Assembly (NCBI GenBank): GCA_964270895.1
Contig: OZ185435.1
Origin: Podarcis filfolensis
Lineage: Eukaryota
Strand: one strand, 5' to 3'
DNA: 64,000 bases
The notes under the pieces were generated by a model, which was not told the origin of the DNA, searched no databases, and was given only the letters and a program-made list of their open reading frames with translations. Shown here one piece after another: positions 1-12,161 of the stretch. The stretch's first letter is position 1. Every line of letters starts with the position of its first letter. Both the position numbers and the translations under genes were made by a program.

Positions 1-65
1 GAGGAATTAAAATTACTGCATGTTGTTTATTGAAAGAAAATTATATGAAAATGATGTATTGTTGG

Positions 66-866
66 TGTCAGGGAATCAGGAGCAGGAGCACTGGGGAGAG
101 AGGATTGGGAGAGCGAAGGGGAAGAATCCGAGGGCAGCGTAGGGGAGTATGACAGTGGCCCGAGAGATTCTATGAGCTTCTCCAGCGAATCAGAAGATTC
201 CCAGAAGGGGGCGCCGATGGTCAGGGCAAGGGGGGTCCCAGGGGGGACGCACCAGAAACAAGGAGCCAGAGGGGAACCCCAAAGCAGCAGTGGAGGATCG
301 GGACCAGTTTCCCCACCAGAGCGTAGTGGGGGGGAAGAGTCACATGTGTCAGGGGCAGTGTCTCCTCCAGAGAGGGAGTCAGGGCTGACCACGCCTCCAA
401 CGGAGGGGAGGTCAGTTGCAGCTAGCCCCCCCGAAGGGGGAAGCAGTGACAGCAGCAGTGGAACGGTCAGGAGGAAAGCTGCTGGCTGGGCGCGCGCGCC
501 AAGTTCAAATGTGCAGGCGTGCGGAACAGCAGGAGACCCGGATGGGGAACCAGCTCCTAAAGCCCGCCGGAGGGAGGGAGAAGGCTCAGGGGAATCAGCG
601 GGAGAAGAGGCTAGAAAGGGCGGAACCCCGGCGGGCAGGCGGACCCAGAGGAGGAAGGAGCAGCGGAGAAGGTGGAACAAGGCTAGAATCTTAAATTGGT
701 GTCAAGGGGGAGGAGACTCAGACGGAGCATCAGCGGTCTGACACTTTAGACGTGGGGCTGCGCGCTGCGGCTCTGGAAGTGAAACTGAACTTCAATAAAG
801 ACTTTTATACTTAACAACGAAGCAGCGTTGGTCCTTTGTGAGCTGGGACCTAGGGTAGCTCTGACA
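66..866 (+). mobile_element. Solo LTR, 801 bp (superfamily unresolved)
   Basis: Termini TGTCAG...CTGACA, exact 5-bp TSD GTTGG (61-65 and 867-871), AATAAA at 794-799. Removing it restores the L1 frame. Confidence 0.88.
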
Positions 867-1008
867 GTTGGTATCTAACACCAAGTAAAATTGAAAAAAT
901 GTATAAAATTAGCTCAAATCTGTGTTGGAAATGTAAAGGGAAGGAGGGTACTTTTTACCACATGTGGTAGACATGTACATTGGTAAAAGCTTTCTGGGAA
1001 ATGATATA

Positions 1009-1240
1009 CAGTGGAACCTCGGGTTGCGAACATGATCCGTGCGGGAGACACGTTCGCAACCCGGAGCGTTTGCAATCTGCGCACGTGTGGGTTGCGATTA
1101 GGCGCTTGTGCGCATGTGCATGGCACGATTTAGCACCTCTGCACTTGCATGAGCGCTGAAACCTGGAAGTAACCGGGTTCGGTGCAGTGTGCAATCCGAA
1201 AACACGCAACCTGAAGCATCTGTAACCCGAGGTACCACTG
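1009..1240. mobile_element. Tc1/mariner (pogo/Tigger-like) MITE
   Basis: TIRs CAGTGGAACCTCGGGTT / AACCCGAGGTACCACTG, flanked by TA on both sides, inside the L1. Confidence 0.9.
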
Positions 1241-1924
1241 TATAATGAATGAAAGAAAATGTTTTAAAATACATTTACTAAAAAACCAGAAGCTTTTCTG
1301 TTAGGTATAATAGGCGAAGAGATACCAAAATAAGACAAAATACTTTTTATGTATGTAACGATGGCAGCGAGAATGCTACTAGCCCAGAGATGGAAGGAAG
1401 GAGAAATATCAGCAAAAGAAGAATGGCAGACAAAGCTGATGGACTATGCTGAGATGGCAAAACTGACGAGGGAAATCAGAAGCCAGGAAGATCAAGTATT
1501 CTTAAAAGACTGGAGTAAATTCCTAATTTACTTAAAAGACCACTGTAAACAGTTAAAATCATTGGCAGGGATGTAACGACACTTGTAATGTGGAACTAAC
1601 TATGGTAACTACAGTATGGATATATAACAGATGGATAATGGTAAAAGATGCAGAAAACTTTATCTTAAATACAGAACCCATGGAGGGAGGGGAGGAGGTC
1701 TGAAGGTTCAAATAACTTTTTATTTTAATGTTTTATTTTAATAACTTTTTATTTTAATGTTTTAAATGCTTAAAGTTAAAATGCATAAAATTATGTAAAA
1801 CCAATAAAAAAGTTATTATAACTGCAAAAGAGCTCACACCAAATTGGCACGATCTTGCCCGAAATTGGCAACAATGGTGTGCAACTTTTCTGCTAGTGGT
1901 GGATGGGGCAGGGCATGCAAGCGG

Positions 1925-2125
1925 CAGAGCAGTCTGACTACATGGGTCAGACCAACTAACGTACTGAGAAAGTCCGATGGATGTCATGGAGGCCATGAAT
2001 TCCTGACCTGGCCCATTGGAAGCAGGCTTGGTATGGATATTGAAGTCCCCCAACACTACCATGAAGGGGTTCTCCAGCACAACGTCCAAGAGTACCTCGC
2101 AAGAAGGTTGTAGTGCAGCAGGGTG
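1925..2125 (-). mobile_element. L2/CR1-group LINE endonuclease fragment
   Basis: Minus-strand translation DVVLENPFMVVLGDFNIH...QEFMASMTSIGLSQ carries the APE motif VLGDFNIH. Confidence 0.75.
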
Positions 2126-2763
2126 TCTAGTATACTCCCTGTTCTGACTCTAGCTAAACATTGCAAAGAATACCTTGAACCCAGACACACTGTGGATCAG
2201 TTTCCTTGTGAGGGAGACAAAATTTTGAAGGATGATAGCAACTCCCTCTCTGACCTGGACCGGTGTTGCGCCAAATATCAGGTGGATATGGCCACTCAGC
2301 TCATCTGCCCAGGTCTAAGTTATAAATACCAATAACAATGTAGAACATCAAATTCTGAAATAAAATGGGGGGGGGGGGACTCGCCTCCTCCTCCATCCTT
2401 GACATAATTCCCTTAACCAATCTCTGCTTCACAGTAACAGAAGTCAAACAAACAAAAAATAGATCCAAGAATCCCAGGCAGAAACCGCTCTACCTCTTAC
2501 CTGCGATACTGCAAACACTTTGCCCTGTCTCTCTCCCCAGGGAGATTCTGTCCAACTTCCCACTCCAGGATCTCATTTTGAGTGGGGGAGGGAGGTAGAT
2601 TTGTTTTGTACTCTACCCACTCTCTACAAACAACCGTTCTCTTACACCAGTGCAAACCCATTCCCACAAATCGGACAACATATATTCAAACATTCCGGGG
2701 GGGGGGGGGACAATTAATGATGGCACCCTCACACCGACCCAAGAGGGATCACTCCCTTTTGTA

Positions 2764-2981
2764 CAGTGGTATCTCGGGCTACAGACGCTTCAGGTTACAG
2801 ACTCCGCTAACCCAGAAATATTACCTCAGGTTAAGAACTTTGCTTCAGGATGAGAACAGAAATTGCGCGGCGGTGGCAGCGGGAGGCCCCATTAGCTAAA
2901 GTGGTGCTTCAGGTTAAGAACAGTTTCAGGTTAAGAATGGACCTCCAGAACAAATTAAGTTCTTAACCCGAGGTACCACTG
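2764..2981. mobile_element. Tigger-like MITE (same family as 39601-39824, opposite orientation)
   Basis: TA|CAGTGGTATCTCGGG...CCCGAGGTACCACTG|TA. The body is the reverse complement of the 39.6 kb copy. Confidence 0.9.
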
Positions 2982-3352
2982 TATAGCCCTGTTGGGGCCA
3001 GCCCACCACATGACAGCAACACAGCCTTATCTAGCTTCCAGGAGCAATTATGAAAGCCAGGTGTTACAGACTTGCCTCCAGTGCTGCTGCTGAATTTTGA
3101 ATTTTGGACTGGGTTTTGCTGCGATGGAAGGTCAGTTCTGCCGCCAGTGGGGGCTGCTGGAGATAAGAGTCTTTCTAATCTGGAGGCACCAAGAAATGAA
3201 CTTGGGGTCTTTTTTCCAGGTGATGGGGCATGTCTGGAAAGCCTTCTGTTGCATTGTAATCTTTTGCTTTTTGAGTCTCTCAGATGAGTTTTTAAAACTC
3301 CTTACTGTGGAGAGTCTTCTGTTGGCAGAGGGAGTGCTTGCTGCTACTTACA

Positions 3353-3550
3353 CATAGGAGCCAACTCTGGGGGGCCCAAGGTCCCTTCGCCCCCTCCCAA
3401 TAAAATATTTGAGGTGGCTGCCCCCCCCCAGTTGATGGACATTACCATTCAAAAGGTGTGTGTGTGTGCATGCATTCGCACACCACGTCATGTGATCAAT
3501 TATGCAGGACGGGGCTTCCCCCCATTGTTTTATTCAAGTTGGCATTCCTG
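3353..3550. mobile_element. hAT-like MITE (same family as 30032-30221)
   Basis: Starts CATAGGAGCCAACT, ends CAAGTTGGCATTCCTG, shares internal AATAAAATATTTGAGG with the 30 kb copy. TSD not recognisable. Confidence 0.75.
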
Positions 3551-3793
3551 TTACTCTGTCCTTGGAGTGTGGCCTCTGTATTCTCTATTGTTTGAAATGT
3601 GCCACCTAACAGTCAGACTCCCTCCAATCCTGCTAAAATAAGTTTACTTGCAATCAAATTGTTCGATTTGTCATCACTGGATGATGCTATGTCTATTTCC
3701 CAGTCCAGTATTTGTCTGATGTTATAGGATTGGGGAATTTCTCTTTCTCTCTTTCATACTTTAGGCCGATCTGTCACTTGAACAAAAATGGTG

Positions 3794-3798
<5 letters not shown>

Positions 3799-3838
<40 letters not shown>
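3799..3838. repeat. (AC)20 microsatellite
   Basis: Direct read. Confidence 0.97.
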
Positions 3839-3841
<3 letters not shown>

Positions 3842-4686
3842 CTTCCCAGGCCACATAAAATTAATAGGTAACTTCTGCTATTAAATGTTAGTTGTAATAT
3901 GAACATCATGATGATTTGACATCCCCAGGGCTTTGTGTCCTCAGACTTTTTCAAATAAATTTTATTTGCACTATGAATAAACTTGTTTTGTGGCTTTATG
4001 TAGCAGGTGTTTTCCTTAACTTTTGTGTGTGTGTGTGTGTGGAAGTTAGAGGAAATGAACCCTCTTTTATTTAAATTTCCTGAGATTAGAAGAAGAACAC
4101 TTGCCAAACAATGCCTCTTCACTTCAAAACCTCTCCTCATAAATTATGTTCGGAGATCTTATTAAAAGTCCGTAAAAATTTCCTATTAAAAATAGTTGAT
4201 TGCAGCCCAGATCATCGCAGCTTTTGTGCTTGCACTGAAATACCACAGCTGTCCTGAAGAAATATATTGTGAGACAAAAGGTTTTGTTTCCTTAGTAATA
4301 AATTATTTCTGTGGTATCCAAAGTAAGATAAAACTTTCACTTATGTTTGAGTGAAAGAAGATTCTAGTGATAACTTCAAATAATCTATAAAAAGAATATG
4401 AGAATGTAGATGTAGATAGCAAATTAAAATCAGACTTCCTTTATGTTTAGGAAAGCAATTACTTTTGAAGCCAGCCAAGATTATAACCATGGATAATGGA
4501 ATAGCTTACAAAAAAATAAACCATACCACTCTATAACTTAAAAGTTAATATTTTCAACTGATCTCCAAAAACTATGAAACAAGAAACAAGAAATTGGCAT
4601 TTGCTTCACACAAGCTACATACCCTCCACAGTTATGACTTCCATGTAATATGTAATGAATACACTTCATTATGTTGGTAGTCCTGT

Positions 4687-4880
4687 CAGTGGCAGAGAGC
4701 AGGCGGGGGTGGGGCTGGCATGCATCCTGGGAGCGTGGCACGCTGCCCACAGGGGCGTGGTGCACATCCTGGGGGCGTGGCACCCAGTGCGGGTGGGGGG
4801 GCAGCCGCAATGGCACCCCACTGGGATCGCGCTGCCGGGGGCGGTGAGCTCCCCCCCCCACTCCTCTTCCTTTGCCAGTG
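4687..4880. mobile_element. GC-rich hAT-like MITE
   Basis: Imperfect TIRs CAGTGGCAGAGAG / CTTTGCCAGTG around a GC-rich block in AT-rich flanks. No TSD found. Confidence 0.55.
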
Positions 4881-5652
4881 CATCAAGAATGCAGGGCAGA
4901 AATGTATTGAATACACATGTGACTCTTTCATTGCATAGATGCAACACTGAAAACCCTGATTAGCAATAGTTCCCCATAGAGTGTATATATGTGGTGTAAT
5001 TTACATATATGATTTTGACACGACAGTTTTAAAGCAGAATGAATAGTTTCCTATGTGTAGGGGTGATGGGAATTAGTCATTTGCAAAGCAGTTCAATGTT
5101 AAATGGATTAATAGACCTGGGATTTCATGATTATTGTAAAAGAATATGTGAAGTATATAAATATGTGAAATGAATATTCTACCAGGCACCATTCTGAATT
5201 AAGATGGTGGACTGAAATGTGACTTGAGCATGTCTGTGCCAGTTTTTTTGGCATAGGTCTGGCTACCTCTTCAGATATTAACACAAAACACCTGATTTTG
5301 GCATGGCGGGTCCAAACTCTCAACTTACATTATCCAAAATCACTGTACCATTTAAAGATCACTAACTATTTTTTTGTTTCTGAAAATTCCAAGGCAGTAC
5401 TGGACAATCCCAACTGGTATTAAATAAAGAGAACACTTTTTAATTATGAGTTAAGTTTAATAAAATCCCTTAAAGCCAGCAAGAAACAAAATAGATATTC
5501 CACAATATTTCTACAAAATATACTAATAGTTTGCATTTCCTTTCTTCTGTGGTATTATGCACTGTGCATGCATGCGTCTGTGTGTACACAATAAGAATTT
5601 GAAATGGTTATCTCTAAATGGACTGTGCCCTTTTTTGATGTGTGATTCTGTA

Positions 5653-5943
5653 CAGTGAAGTAGGAGAGCTGACAAAAACTTCACATCTGGCAACCAATGC
5701 CTCCTAGAGCAAAATATACATCAGGAGGCTTTGTTGAATCAGAATCGAGTATACACTTCCAGAATTAACACTAAATACATTACTTCTGGTAAATGAGTCA
5801 CCATAGCTGCTAGAAGGCCGTGAAAATTTGTGTCCTGGAATTTTTAAATTAATCTACCCATGCACTATCTGAAACCAAAGGGGCGCATTGGTTGCCAGAT
5901 ATGAAATATATTGGCATTACGTTCAGCACTCCTACCTCACTAG
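5653..5943. mobile_element. Unnamed MITE with about 50-bp imperfect TIRs, TA-flanked
   Basis: TTCACATCTGGCAACCAATGC (5680-5700) pairs with 5885-5905 at one mismatch. The outer arm GTGAAGTAGGAGAGCTGAC pairs with 5922-5940 at 16/19. TA at 5651-5652 and 5944-5945. Confidence 0.7.
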
Positions 5944-6005
5944 TAAGAGGGCTAAGATGTAGCAAATATTATATGATTTGGGAATGCGCTCTCTATCTCT
6001 CTCTT

Positions 6006-6148
6006 GTGCTTTTTTCCTAAAAAAATGTTTAGGGGTACTCTCATTTTCCTACTCCTATTGAAATACTGCCCCTCAATGAGGCTAAATTTAGATTCATAAA
6101 ATGTTTAGGGGTTTGCGTACCCCTGCATACCCCCAGAAAAAAGCACTG
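6006..6148. mobile_element. hAT MITE family A, short copy
   Basis: GTGCTTTTTTCC...ATGTTTAGGGGTACTCTCATTTT...CCCCAGAAAAAAGCACTG. Ends are shared with the 11789, 33027 and 41480 copies. Confidence 0.8.
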
Positions 6149-6163
6149 TACACACACATGCAC

Positions 6164-6400
6164 GTACCTTGGTTCTCGAATTTAATCCGTTCTGGAAGCG
6201 TGTTCGACTCCCGAAACTGTTCAAAAACCAAGGCGCGGCTTCCGATTGGCCGCAGGAGCTTCCTGCACTCAAGCAGAAGCCGTGTTGGACGTTTGGCTTC
6301 CAAAAAATGTTCGCAAACCAGAACATTTACTTCTGGGTTTGCGGCATTTGGGAGCTGATTTGTTCGGCAACTAAGCCGTTCGGGAGCCAAGGTACCACTG
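6164..6400. mobile_element. Tigger-like MITE, left TIR eroded
   Basis: GTACCTTGGTTCTCGAA...TTCGGGAGCCAAGGTACCACTG|TA. Confidence 0.8.
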
Positions 6401-7174
6401 TATATATTCACAAATCAAATATTGGCTGCAAAGTAAGGATTCTCCATCTCTGTAGAGCATTTCAGCCACCCTTGTTTAAATATTTTAGAATTAAAGATCT
6501 ACTACACTGCATATTCTACCTCCTGCAAACTTCAGTTCTTAAAGGTAAATAAATCACTTAAACAGGGTCACAAGAAATAAAGGCCAAGCTGGGTTCAGAG
6601 TTTACAGGTCTCTGCATTTATCAGGTAGAAATATGCTCCATTTCACTATTTCATAAGCTATCCTTTTATGAATAAAACATTAATCTTTGTTTGTCATTCT
6701 AAAACTCTTGATTTTTTCAAATGAAAGAATGAATGATGACACAGAATCAAGAAATTGTCTGAGCCCCCACCCCTTTTCAGGACCACCAAGACTTTCACAT
6801 ACGTTTTCAATTTCTGTAAGGATGTGATTATCTTGTGGGCATGTTTTACTCCTACCGCCTATACCGAGTATCAGTCAGCACAGTGTGCCCTTTTCTTTGA
6901 GAGATCAAGATAAGTTCAGGTTTACACTGAATCTGCTGTGTTAACTACTATTTGGTGCATGGCTGTCCACTTACTGTTTGAGTTTCAGGATTATTAGAAC
7001 TTCTGTTGTCCAAAAAATTGGAGCCTCGATTACCCAAATTAAAAATTAAGTTGTTCCAGTGAGAGAATATGCACATGCCATTAACTTTTCCGACATTCTC
7101 ATTCTCTAGTTTTTTTTGGCATGTCTCCGACCTTTCCTTTGGTAGATGAATATTCTACAAATACATGTGTAGTA

Positions 7175-7225
7175 CCCAGCCAGATGGGTGGGCTATAAAT
7201 AATAAAATTATTATTAATTATTACA
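7175..7225 (+). mobile_element. Very short L2 3' tail
   Basis: CCCAGCCAGATGGGTGGGCTATAAATAATAAAATTATTATT matches the tail of the 7603-7915 element. Confidence 0.6.
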
Positions 7226-7602
7226 TTATGTGCTTCCCAATCCAACTCCAACACCTGGAGAGTTTCACATGTTGTAGCAAATAAATATATTATATGTATA
7301 GAGACATGGCTGTACATTGCATGAGGCTATACCACCAGTGCTCTGAGGAATTCCAATAGAACTCAATAGATACCTGTGTTTCTGGACTGGATGAGGATGT
7401 GGGAAACACACAAATACCTCATTCCAGTCTGACCTCCCACTCCTTGACACAGTACTTGGAACGCTTGATTGTTCTTGAAGGCTTTATTTCAAAAATTCCT
7501 GCATGGCTGAAACACAGGTCAAGTCACGTGGTTCAGGAAGTCAAAGGAGAGCTCTCAAGATACACATCTAGGCGCAGTCTAAAATGTCTCAACATCTCCA
7601 CC

Positions 7603-7915
7603 CCCATCGTTCTGCCCGGACACTGAAGTCCAGCGCCGAGGGCCTTCTGGCGGTTCCCTCACTGCGAGAAGCTAAGCTACAGTGAACCAGGCAGAGGGCC
7701 TTCTTGGTAGTGGCGCCCGCCCTATGGAACGCCCTCCCATCAGATGTCAAAGAGATAAACAACTATCTGACATTTAGAAGACATCTGAAGGGAAGTTTTT
7801 AATGTGTGACATTTTAATGTATTTTTAATCTTTGTTGGAAGCTGCCCAGAGTGGCTGGGGAAACCCAGCCAGATGGGCAGGGTACAAATAATAAATTACT
7901 ATTACTATTAATTAC
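7603..7915 (+). mobile_element. L2 LINE 3' end
   Basis: Encodes RAFLVVAPALWNALPSDVKEINNYLTFRRHLK (L2 ORF2 C-terminal motif), then a 3' UTR and an (ATT/ACT)-repeat tail. Confidence 0.85.
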
Positions 7916-9037
7916 TATCTTATGCCCTCCTTTTGAAGAGCACAGTCATGTGCACATTTTGGTTCCTGAACTAGCTGCTGAACAAGCAAGCAGGCACTCC
8001 TGTAGGTAGGCGGGGCCTGCTCCCAATGGTACATTCATTGGCACATACTTAGATACATGTTTACATGAATTATTTGAAAATTGGCAAATATTCTATATTA
8101 GTACCAACTACAATTTCAGTGGGTTGACTCTTAGTAGAACTTACTTGGTTACGATCCATTTTTTCCTTCAGCACACCAGGAAGTCTTCTCCTGTTCTGCT
8201 CACTTGAGATGTCAGTTCTAATGGTAGCATATTCTTCTCATGCTAATGATGTATATTCCCCATATTAACGATGCACTGTAGTTCCTTGGGACTGGGAACA
8301 GTTGGCAAAACTTATAGCCAAACCACATCTAATCTAAACGTTATGGAATTCTGCTTTGGCTCTGTGTTTTCTCTTGCAAGAGAAAAACTTTTTGAAATGA
8401 GAGAAGACCAACAGGGACATTTGTTGAGAGCTAAGCCAAGTACAATGCACTAGAATTTAATCTGAATGCAGCACAAGTCACCCTGCGTTAAACCAGTATA
8501 TCGTGTCCTTGTAGTTTTATGTAGCTGCATAGACTTGGACAGTAATTTAAGCGGCTTGCTTGTCCATGAACATGCTGTGAAATATATCTTGTGACACCAG
8601 CAAAGCCTCTGGAAAACTTTACATACAGGAGACATAAACAGTTTTCAAATGGGCACCATACATTACAAACTAAACATCTTTCAAAAACAAAAATCTTCTT
8701 GTCCATGTGGAATGGAAGGCAAATAAAACTGAACATTTTGCTGGCAATGACCTTGCATTAAATGTTACCAACGTGAAAGGATCTAAGAAGTTCTGCATTT
8801 TAGTTTTCCTTTGGGCTAGCAGCCTGAAGTATTTCAAATCTTGGTAAACTTTAGATGTTTGCTATTCTAGGTTTTGAGTGTTCTATAAAAACCTAATGTG
8901 ATTCTGAAGAAATCATAAAAATGCCCACAAATTGCAAGATGCAGCCATAAACAATACATTTTTTTAAACCATTTGGTTTATTGTAACAATAGGGTCTATG
9001 GTTGGCTGGCTGAATAGACCATATAATAGATAATTAT

Positions 9038-9412
9038 TAGGGTGGCCAGACCTCTGGAATCTCCAGATTTGCCTGCCCCTCTCTAGGTGCCTTAAAGAGT
9101 GCCTTTAATTGTTTATTTATTTATTAAGAAGACTGTGTATGCAGCTTGCCAGCTTTAGTCATCAGGAGTGAACTGCAAATTATTGCATAGACTCTCTAAG
9201 GATCATAACCATCCCCTTTAACAAAGGTTTCTATCTTCCAACCATTGACATATTTGCTTTGTTTTTAAAAATTTGATTGGCATCCTCTCAGCAACTGTGG
9301 TTCATGCTTAATGTGTCGTACTTAATGACATCACTGAGTACCCCCTCCCCCAATGTCATCATTTGGGCTCTGAAATCTCAGGGTTTGGGATGCTCCTGCA
9401 GTGGCAACCCTA
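9038..9412. mobile_element. Old hAT-like MITE
   Basis: Ends TAGGGTGGCCAG / TGGCAACCCTA. Flanks ATAATTAT and ATCATCAT match at 6/8 as a possible decayed TSD. Confidence 0.45.
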
Positions 9413-11457
9413 ATCATCATAGCAATCAAAAATAATAAAATATTTGTTAAGACTTGTTTGGTTTGTTAATAGAAGGCTAGTCTGCATACTGTTTGCTATC
9501 TGCTATAAATTTTTATTATTTTTTTTTAATAGATGGATAATCACTTGCCATAATCTTCAATCTGATTTTTTTTTTAAAAAAAAATAAAGTTGTCAAACCA
9601 AACTATGTCTCCTGTGTTGTGTTGAATGGCTAATACCAAATGAGTTAGAGTTAGATCCAAGGATAATTACTTATGGAATATATTGCCCATCTCAGCCTTT
9701 CTATTTAATGATCAGTTTAGTAGGTCATGTCACTTGGGGATTTGTGCTCCCTCAAAATAATGTACGTTTTTGAATAAATAAGTTTGTGTTCTTAATCTTC
9801 ATATAGCAGTTGTAATCCTTCATGCACTCTTCTAAGACCATGAGTTAACAGATTAAAGTGATTTGGGTAAATGTGGTGTTCCTTTTTATCATTTTAAGGC
9901 TTTTAGGTTGTTGGGTTTTTTATACATATAAAAAAGATACACAGTTATTACCGTAAATCACCTATAATTTCCCAGTGGTGGTAACCAATATACTATTATT
10001 ATACATGCTTCTGTCAATCATCTCTCAAAAGTTCCAACTTCTTCAAGTCTATTTTTCTTCAATATCTATTTTCCTCTAAATGCACAAGTATCTGTTTATG
10101 TGAAAATGGTTCTCAGGTTGATTCAGCATATATTACAGGCAGATGGTGGTTTAGCATCCTGTGTGGTTCTCACTGTTCCATTATCATTGCTTGGGATACT
10201 TTTGGATGAAACCTGGTATATTAATATTCTAAATAAATGAACCATATATTTTATTGGTCAGTACTGTATTTAATTTATGTACCACCTCATTGAAATAAAA
10301 AAAATGCAAGCCAACTTGTAACACTTAAAATATCAAATGATACAAAAAACCAAAACAAAATAAAACAACTAGCAGACCTTGTGCAAGAGATTGTACACTG
10401 CTGTATTTAACTTTTCTTTTCACAACAGGCATTTATATATTTCACACACACATAGAAACAGCCCAAGAGATATCAGTAAAATATGCATGTTTGGGCCATA
10501 TTAATATATTATTCATGCATCCCATGATTCAAGCACTGTCTCAAGAAGTCTTATCATTACTGTCTTGTTTGACCACCAGTACACCCCTGTGAAATTCCCC
10601 TTTTCTTTATTTGAATTCAGTAAACATGGTAGTCTTGTGCATTGTCCACTTTTTCGACCTGTAATCAGGTGGCATGCTGAAGCAATTTAACTTAAAAAGC
10701 AGTTGTGGATTGGAAAACAAAATGACTGGATTTACAACGCTAGGGAGGGAAGTTCACTAAATAAAATGTCCCAGACTTTAAAGAGAGTTTTAATGGAAGT
10801 AGCCATTTTTATTGTCTTCAGTCCACTGAGCTTCTAGCTAGATTTTTGTTGTGGTGATCCCAGTGGTATAGTTGAAGTTTTTATGTCTGCTGCTCCCACC
10901 TTCCCATATCACAGAGAAAGGACTCTAATTAAAGTGTAATTAAATAGCTATGCATGCTCAGTGAACTGGTAGCTCTTGAAGAAACGCATTCGATTGCCCA
11001 GAACTGTGCCTTGGTTTGGGAAGCATCAGGAAAAGCCTGACAGAGCTCGTGTTTCTGGTCATTGCTGAATTCAGGCTCTGGTCTCCTGACATAATAAGCT
11101 TCTCAAGAGCAGTCTTTATCAAAAGGATTTCAAGAGCTCAGCTGTCTTGCTTTTATTACTACTAACAGCAGTAACGATGAGGATGGCCATTTGAGGGATA
11201 ATATAAATCAATGGATGTGAAGGTTAATACCGTTGAATTTAAAATGGCTTCCCTTCTTAAAATGGTTTCTTGCCACCTATAAGAGCTGAAGACCCCTCAA
11301 AAGCACTGAACTCCATGACTGCTGTCTCTGCTTTTTCATAGGATTTTTGTCCAGTCCATCCATTGAAATGAACATGGCTCCAGTAATACCATATGTAACC
11401 CAAACCAACAGTATAGGAATCTGGCCATTAGTGTGGGGCCACCCAGTGATATATATA

Positions 11458-11715
11458 CCGTATTTTTTGCTCTATAAGACTCACTTTTTCCCTCCTAAAA
11501 AGTAAGGGGAAATGTGTGTGCATCTTATGGAGTGAGTGCAGGCTGCGCTGCTATCCCAGAAGCCAGAACAGCAAGAGGGATCGCTGCTTTCACTGCACAG
11601 CGATCCCTCTTGTTGTTCTGGCTTCTGAAATTCAGAATATTTTTTTTCTTGTTTTCCTCCTCCAAAAACTAGGTGCGTCTTATGGTCTGGTGCGTCTTAT
11701 AGAGCGAAAAATACG

Positions 11716-11716
<1 letters not shown>
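11458..11716. mobile_element. Tc1/mariner (Tc2-like) MITE with internal hairpin
   Basis: TA|CCGTATTTTTTGCTCTATAAGAC / GTCTTATAGAGCGAAAAATACGA TIRs, with an internal palindrome at about 11559-11627. Confidence 0.85.

Positions 11717-11788
<72 letters not shown>
11717..11788. repeat. Compound microsatellite (TG)18(TA)18
   Basis: Direct read: TG 11717-11752, TA 11753-11788. Confidence 0.97.
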
Positions 11789-11792
<4 letters not shown>

Positions 11793-12161
11793 GGGGGTAC
11801 TCTCATTTTGACTCAAGAAAAATCACTATTTTATAGTTCAAATCCGCAAAAATAAATACAGTAAATGTACAAGAGCATGCATTGCACCGGGAAAGGAAAT
11901 GAAGCCGTCATCAGAAGTGGTAACAACGAAACTGACCAATCACCGTGCTAGATTCCAACTCCTACTTCACATATTAAACACTCGCTTCCGTCTGAGACTC
12001 AGGAAACACTGTGACAGGAAATGAGGCCGCCAACGGAAATGACGATTCACCGTGTTAGAGAAAAAACAATTTCAATTTTTTTTTTAGTTTCTTCTCCCGT
12101 TAGATTCACAAAATGTTTAAGGGTATGCATACCCCAGTGTCCCCCCAGAAAAAAAATACTG
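11789..12161. mobile_element. hAT MITE family A, long copy lacking its left terminus
   Basis: TTTAGGGGGTACTCTCATTTTGACTCAAGAAAA...CCCCAGAAAAAAAATACTG, with about 200 bp of extra internal sequence. Confidence 0.8.

Larger units (their letters stand above)
1..1815 (+). mobile_element. Degenerate L1 LINE 3' end (ORF2 C-terminus and 3' UTR), interrupted by two later insertions
   Basis: Joining 1-65, 872-1008 and 1243 onward gives [55 protein letters not shown] (CCHC knuckle)...KPEAFLLG...WQTKLMDYAEMAKLT, with stops and frameshifts. AATAAA at 1803 and an A-rich end. Confidence 0.88.

Noticed and set aside
867-878. TGGTATC just after the LTR, resembling a tRNA-iMet primer-binding site
   Set aside because: It is the GTTGG TSD plus L1 codons TGG TAT CTA (WYL); no internal retroelement sequence follows.
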